From Camelus dromedarius (taxonomy: Eukaryota): a stretch of DNA of 64,000 nucleotides. This document shows positions 53,394 to 64,000 of the stretch, in pieces (position 1 is the stretch's first letter; each line of letters begins with the position of its first letter). Position numbers and translations under genes: made by a program. Where the stretch lies: assembly GCF_036321535.1 (NCBI RefSeq), contig NC_087437.1, positions 84,756,001-84,820,000 of the forward strand. Reading direction: 5' to 3'. The notes under the pieces are model-generated. The model was not told the DNA's origin and did no database searches. It saw only the letters and a program-made list of their open reading frames with translations.

Positions 53394-54649
53394 GCCTCTG
53401 AAGGGAAGAACTAAATTGCCATCAGTCTTTCAATGATGAGAATAAAAAATTCACAAGGCTCTCAGTCAGAACTCTGAAAGGGTAGTGCCCTAGCGACTGG
53501 GATGATCAAGATGTATATTGAACATTAATAAATTATAACACAGCCACAACGCCTCACAATCCCTAGTTGGATCAGTTGCTTAGCATCTCATTCCATTTTC
53601 ATAACACGCCCTCAAGTACAAGATTGCATTATTTGGAAATTTTGCAATTCTTGTACATGCAGTGACCAGACATCATAAAAATTACATACAAAGAAAACGA
53701 GAGAACACAACGAATAGTGAAGAGAAAAGGCAGTCAATTACTGAAGATAACTGACTGACCATTACTCAGACACATGCTGCTTTTTAACACTCCTTAGCTC
53801 CTCTTCCTACCTTTGCCTTTATTCTGGTATTTGTGACCCCCAACTTAATTTCTTTGTCAATTTTGTCATGGATTTTATCAGGAGCTTAAAGTCCAACATT
53901 CAAAGAGTTATTAAGTTAGAGTTTCTCTGTCAATGCATACTTAATGCTCAAAACCACTGAATGTCTGGGTCAGCCTTAAAGTTTAATTTTCCTTTATCCT
54001 CCAAAAGATTGCTACGTTGAGTGGATTTCCTTGAACACCCTCACTGTCCTAGCTCGTAAAGTCTATTTAATGTCTCCTTATTCCATCTCCCCCAAAAAGT
54101 GTTTCTTATAATACATACTCAGCACAGGTCAACTTTCTATAAGTGGACAAAGGACGATGAACCAAATGTTTATTTTCAGTCTGAATTTAGATATTACATT
54201 TGGCCTGAAATCTCCCCTTGTTGTGCACAGGTCATGTAAACTATGCTTACTTGTCCATGAGCACTTAATATTTGAGGCCCTTTGGATATTATTCATTGGA
54301 TGTCTTGGCTGCTCTTGGATTTAAAATTTTATATTTCTCTGGGTCCTATCTTGGCTTTTCTCTTGACTGCAGAATTTTGTTGCTATAAGCTCACTTGTTT
54401 TGAATCTGAAGAATACCCAAGAGTATGACCAATTAATTTCCTTTGCCTGTTAAAGTGAAAGGGATTAGAGCTGTCAGGAGAGTTTGATAACTGATTGCTT
54501 TCACAAAGGGATATTTATTACCTAATATTCAAATTTAGCCATTTCTGTATTCTTTACAAAGAAAATACTGATAATTGGTGCCATCACATATCAATATTTT
54601 TTAAAGATATGGGCAAATAAACTAGAATAAAATGTGGAGTATTTTCTGC

Positions 54650-55110
54650 TTTCAGTGTAAGGCTATGTGAGCATATGTAAATAATAAAACTAAAGATTGA
54701 TAATTTATATTGCATAAAATTCAAATATTACTGTGTCAAAAATAATAAAAACATGAAATTGAGAAAATACATGTAGCAGTCTATACACTGAAAGCTCTGA
54801 ATATATGTACATATCATAAACATGTATTATAAATTTGGAATTCCTATACAAAACTATGCAAGTGAAAGGAAATGTATAAAAGAATAACTAAACAAAACAA
54901 AAGGAAAAAATTTAAATGTCTCATTAAAAATAATTATAATGAAATATTTGAAGTAAAATATTACACTTTCCCCTCCAGTTTGAAATTATTTATATGCAAA
55001 TTTAGCAGTAAAATTTTAAAAGAACTCTCACATAGGTGCTATTCTGGAGAAAATAAATGACAAAATTTGAAAGATTATCTTATGTCTTACCTGAGTGATT
55101 CATATTTAAG
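54650..55110 (+). mobile_element. Highly degenerate L1 ORF2/3' remnant
   Basis: aactaaagattgataatttatattgcataaaattcaaatattactgtgtcaaaaa and gtaaaatattacactttcccctccagtttg. Confidence 0.45.
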
Positions 55111-55239
55111 AAATTGAAACTTCCCTGCATTTATAAAAGTTTATATATTAGTTTATAAAATAGTAATACAACTATCTTAAATCAAACCATAGTATTTATT
55201 TCTTGTCACAACTGCTAGCCTACAAAAACAGTTATTTTC

Positions 55240-58140
55240 AATTAAGTATTAACTAAGTAACAGAACTTATCCACTTAAAACTTTACTGACATTAACCTAA
55301 CTAGATATTCTATCACTATGGTTTAGTTTTGTCTGAAAATATAATTTTTACCTCTAACAGCACACAAATTGAGTCATAGCATGTGCCTTTTGTGTTTGAC
55401 ATACTCTGTCAGTACACCACAAGTTCTTAATCCATTCTGCTCTGTATGGATGTTTCGTGTCAGGTCTTTTTCCAATGTGTCACTATTACAAATCATGTAG
55501 TTATGGACATTCTGTTAAATGTCTTTTAATAAATATACATTTGCATTTCTGTAGGGTATATGTAAGCAATAGAAAAGCTGAAGATCTATCGATCTATATC
55601 TATTTTTATACGTACTTTAATTTTTTTTACTTTTGGTTCCATAATTTATCTTGAACAAATTTTTGTCTGTAATATTAGGAAGGTGTCAATGTTCTTTTTT
55701 TATATGGATATCCAAGTTGCCTAATATCATTTGTTGACTCTTACCCTTTCCTAATAAAATTACAGTGGGACAGTTGTTATAAATGAATTGACTGAAAAGC
55801 TAAGGATTTGTTTCTGAATTATTTATTATTATTGTGATCTCTTTGCCTATCAAGCACTAGGGTCATACTGTCTTAATTATTGTAGAATTACAATAAATTT
55901 TTAAAAAGAGAAAATCTTATGAAAAGAAAAATTATTCTGCTTACTCCTTTTTCTTCAAAATTGCTTGACAATTCTAGGCTTCTTGCATTTATATATACAT
56001 GTGGTTGAATCATTTATCAACTTCCACAAAAATACCCTTGGGGTTGAATAGAATCTACACATTCATGAAAGGAGAATTTTAAAACTAACCATATAGAATC
56101 ACATTGAACATAGTTTTTCCCTTCACCTATTAAGATTTTCATTACTTTCTCTCAGTAATATATGCCATTTTAGTAGTAGAGAGTTCTTGGTATCTTTCAA
56201 TAGATTTATTCCATATATGTATTTGGTCTTTTTGAGGCTATTGAAATTTTTTTTCAAATTTAATTTTTTACTCGTTAGTTACTAGTTTATAGAAATATAA
56301 TTGATTTATTATGTTGCACTCTTATCAGCAAATTTTCTAAATTCACTTTTTAAAAAATGTGTTGCTTCTTTAAAATTTCTATAAACCTAATCATGTAATA
56401 TATTGTTTTATCACTATTAAAACTTGCTAGGACACTTTTGCTTTCTTAATGTGCCAAAAATATCCAGTATACCTCTGAATTGAACCACTGATAAAAAATA
56501 TCATTTTCCCAATCTTAGAGAAAAAGATATCAATATTTCATTAGTAACTGTTGGTTATTGGTTTTTGAGGATACATTTAAAAAATATTTTCTCCCTATTT
56601 CTAATTTGTTGATAATTATCCTTTTTACATGAATGTGTGTTCATTTTTTCAAATAATTTTATACTATATTGATATTATTACATTGGCTTTCTACTTTACT
56701 TTGTTAATGTAATAATTAATTACTTTTTCCAGTTTTTAAATTTTTGATCCAACCATGCATTCCTAGAATAAATTTCACCCATTCTTGTTGTATTACCCTC
56801 AGGTATTTCTGGATTAAATTTGTTAATATTTTGTTTAAAATTTTTGTGTCTGAATTCACAAAAGATAGCAGTGTAACATTTTATTTTCTTGAAATGTGCT
56901 GGCAAAATGTTGCAGTCAGACACATGATTAGCCAAATACAAGGGGATGAGATGTGGTTCTTCTTCCCATGTTGTCTGGAAGAATAGCTGTAATTAGTTGT
57001 ATTTCTTTAAATGTTTGGAAGCCTACACCTGTAAATCTATCTGGACTAGAATATTTTGTTGGGAAGGCTTTTAATTATGAATTCAAGGTTTTTAAACAGG
57101 TAAAGAATTATTCAGATTGTCTATATCTTCTTGATTACTGTTTATAAGTTGTATTTTTCAAATAATTGTCCATTTCATATATTTTAAAACTTTTTTGACA
57201 TACAAATTTTTATAATATACTCTACTTCGTATATAATGTTTGGAAAATATGGAGTAGTGATACTTCTTTCACTGCTGATATTAATACTTTGTGCTAGTAG
57301 ATACCTCTTCTATGAATCAGTTACTATTTACCAATTCATTGTTTTTTCAAAAATCAATTGTTTTTATGATTTTCTTTATTTCATGGTTGTGTTTATATTT
57401 CTTGATTTATGCTCTTATCTTTATTGTTTTCTTCCTTCTCTTTGATTTTCATTTCTTCTTCTTTTTTCTTTAGCTTTTGAGTTAGAAGTTTAACTGATTT
57501 TCAATGTTCTGATTTTCTAATATATAGATTTAGATTTCATGTATATTTAATTTACTTTCCACATGCTTAGAAACATACGACAATTTTCAGTGACTATATT
57601 TTCATTATCATTCTATCATTCAGATTATAATAAGTCATATGATGCATTATAATTTCCTTTTTGACTCATGTGTCATTTTTAAAAGTACTGAATACTTTTC
57701 AAGCATTTGGGGATTTTTCTGGTTATCTTTGCGTTATTATTGTGCTCTAACTTAATGCCATAGTTGTTAGAAAACAAACACCAGTTTTAATCGTTACAAC
57801 ACTTTTATTTAGAGTCATGTTATCGCTCTAAAGGTATTCTGTTTTTGAAGCATGAGTATAGATTTGTTGCTTTATCAACTTTTGTTTTATAAAATTTGAA
57901 ATTATCTATATGTCCATCAACTTTAGGACTTTTGTATAATCTTCACATTTCATTGATCCCTTATGGTTTCATAATGTCCTCCTTTATTCCTAGTAATACT
58001 CTTTTGCCTTATCTTTGTCTTATATTCTTTACTCTATGTTTTCAAGGAATATCTTTCTCCATATTTTTATTTTCAACATTTCTGTGACCTTAATTTAAAA
58101 TATTCACCCTGTAAACATCATACAAATTGGTTTGTTTATT
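55240..58140 (-). mobile_element. Ancient LINE-1 (L1M5/L1ME) ORF2 remnants
   Basis: atatggatatccaagttgcctaatatcatttgttga, aaccatgcattcctagaataaatttcaccc, gattcacaaaagat-like blocks, tgtttggaagcctacacctgtaaatctatctggac. Confidence 0.75.
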
Positions 58141-60134
58141 TCAATCTGCTCTAAAAGATGATAGAAGGCAGTAAAAAGGAAGTCTTGGAAGATAGTTTTA
58201 TCTAAAATAATGTAAGAAATTCAGATTTCAATTCCAGGTCATTGGTTTATCTTTCCTTATTTCAATATTTTAATATTTAATATTTAATATTTTAATATTT
58301 TAATTCAGTACTCAACTGACACCTTATTTACATTTGTAATTATGTGAAGTTGAAAGACATGATAAGAACTATTTTTAACCAAGATTTAATAGCATATGTT
58401 CTTTCATATGTAAAATTATCATCATTTTTTTACATTTACATATGCATTATATAGCTTCTGCTCTGTAAAGTCTTTTACATCTTGTAAGGGAAACTCAGTC
58501 AATGACTCTGTCAATACCTGCATTTCACTCCTTATTTGAAGAAATACACTATGTCTAAGCTCATTTGTATAAAGTTTTATAATGTATTATTGTTCTTTAC
58601 TATTTTCTATTATGAATGCTTGCTGCATAAAGAAGGTATTTGTTTAAATTATATGAAAAATTTCCATCTTACTATTAATTAAATCTCTGCCATATATTCT
58701 GTTACAAAAGCTATACTATACGTGCTGGCTAAGAGTTTGTACATTATTTTTAAATAATTTACATAAAAGCTTTGATAGCAGATTTATTTAGCCAGAGAAA
58801 CAAGTATTGCTTACATTTATCTATTTAATTTATGATAGTATTAGATTGCTATTAGATACATAATTTCTAAATATTTAATCGAAGAAGGTAGTATATTCTG
58901 ACATCCTTCACATTTTGCCTTGATTTAGTTTAGCAAACTAGTTCATCAAAAAACTGTCCATAACCCAATTATTCAAAGTAATATAAGTTTCAGTAAGTTA
59001 AAATATATTTAAATTTAAATGTGAACTATGACAGAAAGATTTAATTTTTCATACAAGTATCTTTCAATAAACATCATTTCCCTTAGGTGAAAAATATTCA
59101 GGTCTAACTAAATGAAATAAGAGCAATTTAACGGATACAACTTAAACTCTTTTACTTATTGATATAGTAATAAAATGCTTGTCTGTTAGTTTTTTTTAAT
59201 TAAAATATGCTTTTATGTAAATCGTTAGATTTTGTTAGCATTTATTGAATTGAATCCAGCAGACAGAGGATTTAAAATGTTTTAACATTCAACACATTGT
59301 GGTATTTCTGGAAATTGGAGATAGCAAAATGTACCCTAAAATATCTAGACAAGGAGAATGTTCAGCTTGATGTCTCCTTCTCTCTGTCTTTCTCTCTCTA
59401 TCTGTGTATGTGTGTCTCTCCAAACTGCATATGCTACTATTTCCACTTAAGTAACTGTCAACAAGAAAATCTTCATAAGTTCTCCAACACTCTAAATCTA
59501 CAAGTATGTATGAGTCTTATTTTAAATATAAGCTGTGTTCTTTCAGGTAGAGTTCTCATAACAAACTGGAGGGAATAGCTTCCTGTATTAATATTACTTT
59601 ATATACACACACACAAAGATACATACTTCCTTATTTGTATTATAATCAAATGACTTTAAAAAGAACTATAAAGAAATATATTTAGATTAGATATCAAAAA
59701 AGTACTTATATTACAGAAATAACTTTTTAAAAAGATTGCCATGGGAACATATATCAGCGTTATCATTTTTTGAGAAACTGCTTCCTCCCCCACTTCCCAC
59801 ACTTCCTCTTGTTATCTTGGAACCTTATTTCATCTGCTAGAACCACCTGTCCCTTTTAGGATCAAACTTGAAATATCTCACAGCAGTGTTTGTATTTGGA
59901 GAGACTACAATTTTTAAAAAGGAAACATTCCAAACCTGGAGAATATATCTATTCAAGAAGCTCAGGCACAGAGTGCCATCTGAGTATGTGTGGGAGGAGG
60001 AAAGTAGTTTTTCAAGAACAGGCAGTATCTTTGAGATGGAAATGGACTGACCCAAGACAGAGTTTGGAACAGGGATGAAAGAAGCAGGACTGAAAAGGAA
60101 GTGTCTCGAGATTCTGTCTGCTAGTGAATAGATC

Positions 60135-60330
60135 GAGCTTGAAGTCAAGAGCATGGAGCTTGCTCATGCCCTCTTACCCCTTCTGATCTTCTAAAACTAT
60201 GATCTTATGAACCTAAATTCCTCACCCATGAAAAGAAGCTATAAATGCCTTCTCTCCCTCCTTTAGAGGTGATATAAACACAAAAGAAAACATGCATGAA
60301 GTATAAGTCATTGTATAACTTGTAGGCATG
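60135..60330 (+). mobile_element. MIR SINE fragment
   Basis: tgaacctaaattcctcacccatgaaaagaagctataaatgcc resembles the MIR core ctcagtttcctcatctgtaaaatggggataataatacc. Confidence 0.55.
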
Positions 60331-60654
60331 TCTGCTATTGTCTATCGCAGCATGAAGTTTTCTTTCTGGTCCCTTTGAAATACTTGCACCTTTTAATTGT
60401 TATTTCCATGATAACTGGTGAAGTTTGAAAATAGAGCTAATGAAATATGTGAGGTGAAACTAAAGTAATGGCATTAATCTGTTTCTTAAAATAATCTACC
60501 AGAATAATATGTGTGCAGTGGGTGGAGGGGAGAGAATGAGAAAAAGAGACAATATAGTTTCTCAGGAGGTTATTTACTTCAGTGAATCAGATAATTATTG
60601 CTGAAAATATTTCAGGTACCTTTCATCATAATTGCCTCCAGGAAGGTTTTGGTG

Positions 60655-61115
60655 TGGGAATTGTTTGAACAGTGGCCTCTGAAAAGATATGCTCAAGTCC
60701 TAATCCCTGGGACTTGTGACTGTGACCCTGTTCGGAAGAGATGGGTCTTTGCAGATGCAATAAGCTAAGGACCCGGAGATGAGCTCATCCTGCCTTTAGG
60801 GTGGGCCCTGAATCCGGTGATGGATGTCATTATAAGAAAGAGCAGAGGGAAATTTGAGAAACAGAGACACCGAGAAGCAGGACTTGTGAAGACAGAGGCA
60901 GAGATTGGGTTTATGTTGTCACAAGCCAAGGAATGCCTGGAGACACCACAAGCTGGAAGAGGCGTGGAAGGATTCTCACCTTGAGTTTCAGGAGGATCAC
61001 CCTGCTGACATCTTGATTTCAGACTTCTAACCTCCAGAACTTTGAAGTAATACACTTCTGTTGTTTTAAGCCACTCTGTAGTAATTTGTTACAGCAGTCC
61101 TAGGAAACTAATACA
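60655..61115 (+). mobile_element. MLT1C-like MaLR solo LTR
   Basis: aaaagatatgctcaagtcctaatccctgg, gggtctttgcagatgc, caagccaaggaatgcctggag, cctaggaaactaataca; possible 5-bp TSD gtgtg (60652-60656 / 61116-61120). Confidence 0.93.
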
Positions 61116-62129
61116 GTGTGCTAAATAATTGCATGCACAAATCACTGATAAACTGGCAAACAGAGTCACCCAGAACCACACTATCCTTGGATCGAATGAC
61201 TTTTTAAAGTTTTTGGATCAAATAATTGTTGAAGAGTTTCTTGATCCTCAGAGTTTGAATACCTACTCAGGGTATTCCAAACAAACATGTAACAGATTTT
61301 TAAATCAAGACTAAATTAGTAGTACCAAAGAAAGCTTTGAACAAGGAAAGCATAATCAAGTAATAGATGGATGAAGAGTGAGAAGTCATCAATTGTACAT
61401 TTTAACTAAAAAAAAGTCTGGTATGTACTTATACAAATCAGATAACCACTTCACAGTTATTTTATTTTAAATGTGTTCATTCACATGAACTACATTTATT
61501 CACCTTGAATAAACTGCAGACAAAATTAGGAATGAAATGGAAAACATAAGTTCTTCTGTAGCTATGAAAGATAATAGAAAAGAGTGGCTCATACAGGAAG
61601 ATAGGATCATCACATTCTGAAGAAAAAAGAGAGACATCCATATTGAACCAGGTTAAAAGGGATTCTCTAGCCAAATAAACAATTTCTTAGTATCAAGGAA
61701 TTTGAAATGTGTATCAGGGAATATTGCACATAACATCCTTTATTCAATATTATTTTTATAAGTAAATTTAAAATAAACTATAAAATATCTATTAAAAGCA
61801 AAAAGAATATACCTAACATATTACTAGTCTTTCCAGAAATCCTAATTAAAGTTTCTTTCATAAGTTGTTTTAGTTAGCTTTCTGGAATATATGATCACTT
61901 ATTGAAAATTTATGTTTAAGGTCTTGGTACCCAAATACTAATTTTTAAGCAGTCCTACTTAGAGTAGTTTTTTAAAGTATCCAGGGGGAAAACACAAACA
62001 AAAGAACACAATAAGCAAAAAGCAACAGAAAAATAGGAGTGCATGTTTAAAATAGAGATATCTAAGTCCTAATATAGGCCAGGTGAATTATGAACTTTTT
62101 AGAACCACTCGACTTGAATTAGGTTTGTG

Positions 62130-62300
62130 ATCTCACTGTGTTGCAAGTTACGATGATTACATTCCAGGTACTTCTAGAAGTGTAGGGACACTAAAGGAGG
62201 AATTAAAGGAGTTGATATAAGACATGGCCTTTAAATGTGAGTAGGAATCCATGAGGTGAACAGTCTTCTGCATGGCTCATATGAAGAACAAAATGTTTCA
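62130..62300 (-). mobile_element. L2 fragment
   Basis: ggagttgatataagacatggcctttaaatgtgagtaggaatccatgaggtg resembles antisense L2. Confidence 0.45.
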
Positions 62301-64000
62301 CTGAATTAAAGATTTGACAATACAACGACAATTTGTGTGTGTGTGTAGATCTGAATTTGCACTTACAGAACAATAAACTGCATTCAGACTATGAAAGGAT
62401 TGATTTGCCAATTTGAGGACTCTGGAATTTACCCCCTCAAGAAAGTGATGATATTAAGTATATAACATTATTGAGTGGTTTTCCTATAATGATACGTGCA
62501 CATAATGTTTGTACCATGAAGAGAGATCTTTAAAGTTCTTTGCTTTCAATTATGTTATACTGAGTGTGTCTTTTGTAATTTTGATTGGGTTGAAATCAAC
62601 AGAGTGGGAGATCTGAGAACAGTGTACACGAGGCTCCTTAAGAGCATTCGTGTATCAAATAAGGTCAAACATTCCATGTTGGGCCTCTTGATTCTGAGGT
62701 ATTCCCTGCATGCTCTTGGTGATGATTTCTGATCCAAAAGGGGAATCTTGTCCTGGCATAGGTCTTACAGTGGGAAGGTGACAGGTGCTCAGCTATTGCC
62801 TCTGAATGCTCTGCTTTGAGTCTGCCTTTGGTCCTTGCTACACTGTGCCTTTTACTTGCAATAACATCAAATTTTTAAAGCAATGTCGTTTTAGATACTG
62901 TGTGTTATCTTTAATAACTGAGCTCTATCTGACATCTTTAAAGAAAGTTTGAATTAAAAAAGAATTGTGCCTTTCAAAATGTTATTACTTCTATATGTGT
63001 GAGTTTTAATTTGGGCTTCAGAATATAAACTTATAATATTACATTTACCAAAAGTAAAAGTAAAGTGTGTTACTTTGAAAATTAATAGAAATTTGACCAT
63101 AGAGTTCAGGTTGTATAGTATGGTGAGAACTTAGAGTATAAAAATTCAAACTTATAAATGGCACATTAATTTATTTTTTCAAATATGTAATTTCCAAAGC
63201 TTTCTTATAAATATTATCTCCTAATAATCTCAGAAAAAATCTTTAGTCAACAGTTATCAAACTTTCATTAATTGTGGACTGAGTAATTCCATAATGAAAG
63301 TAAAAATCTTCAGAAAAATATTTGGACTATATTATAACATGGATTAACATTCATGCTGCTAATTGGATACCACTGTAATAGATGTCTTGCACAATGTGTA
63401 TTTGTTTAAAAAATGCATCTTTGTCTAGATAGCTTTGAGGGGCATTTGATGAGGTATAACATAAAAGTCAAAAATGACAGATATCAACCTGGACATGAGT
63501 TGTTTATCTTCTCATGATGGCTGTAAATAAAGGAATTATTTGATTTGAATTTAAGCTAGCAAAGCCTATTGGGGGATTCATATCACATTTTTTTTTTCAT
63601 CTTTTACATTTTGACGTTGATGTTTGAGGAAAATAATGTACACAAACTATATAAAGTGAAAAGTGTCTTGCATTACAGTATTTGGTAATAGAGCCTTTAC
63701 AAAATTCTCCAAGGATCAAGAGAAGTTAGTTGAGCAATGAGCACAATATTTTCATTGATCAAATTTTTATATTGTTTATGGTAATATTGATAGCTGTAAC
63801 TAGCTCCAGATCTTTAGAGAATTTATTTCTCATTCAAGTTACAACTTACAATTCAGAGATTAAGACTTTGCCATATTATAGGGTCCCAGAGGCCTTCTCT
63901 TTCTGTCAGTAGACAGGGAGAGAAAATGTGGAGAAAGAATATTTATTAACCACTTTTTCATGAAGATGATATACATCTCTTCTGCTTACATACCAATTGC

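Noticed and set aside
58260..58305. Short (TTAATAT)n tandem array as a CRISPR-like or functional repeat
   Set aside because: A simple AT-rich slippage repeat without spacers, in eukaryotic DNA.
143..63912. Short ORFs in the supplied track as host genes
   Set aside because: All are 142 aa or shorter. They are L1 ORF2 fragments, antisense-L1 or LTR reads, or low-complexity sequence, with no recognisable host domain or consistent exon chain.

Overview
AT-rich mammalian genomic DNA, most likely camelid (alpaca/llama/camel). The lineage call rests on a dimeric tRNA-Ala-derived SINE of Vic-1 type at ~50.1-50.35 kb and on cetartiodactyl-type L1 3' ends. I found no credible host protein-coding exon. 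ORFs with recognisable protein sequence are broken LINE-1 ORF2 pieces, and the rest look like chance ORFs. The window is intergenic or deep intronic and holds many transposon fossils: 5'-truncated L1s (mostly on the minus strand), MaLR (MLT1), ERV1 and ERVL LTRs, L2, CR1/L3, MIR, a MER104-like DNA element, a diverged U6 snRNA retropseudogene and microsatellites. I do not see a new biological system. The most notable items are an unclassified 159-bp retroposed insert with a perfect 16-bp TSD carrying a CTCF-like motif (39.15-39.34 kb), two L1 insertions with twin-priming 5' inversions (one only ~20 nt), a SINE dimer inside a single TSD pair, and an L1 nested in an ERV1 LTR. Repeat subfamily names come from recalled consensus sequences, not from a database search, and boundaries of old repeats are approximate.
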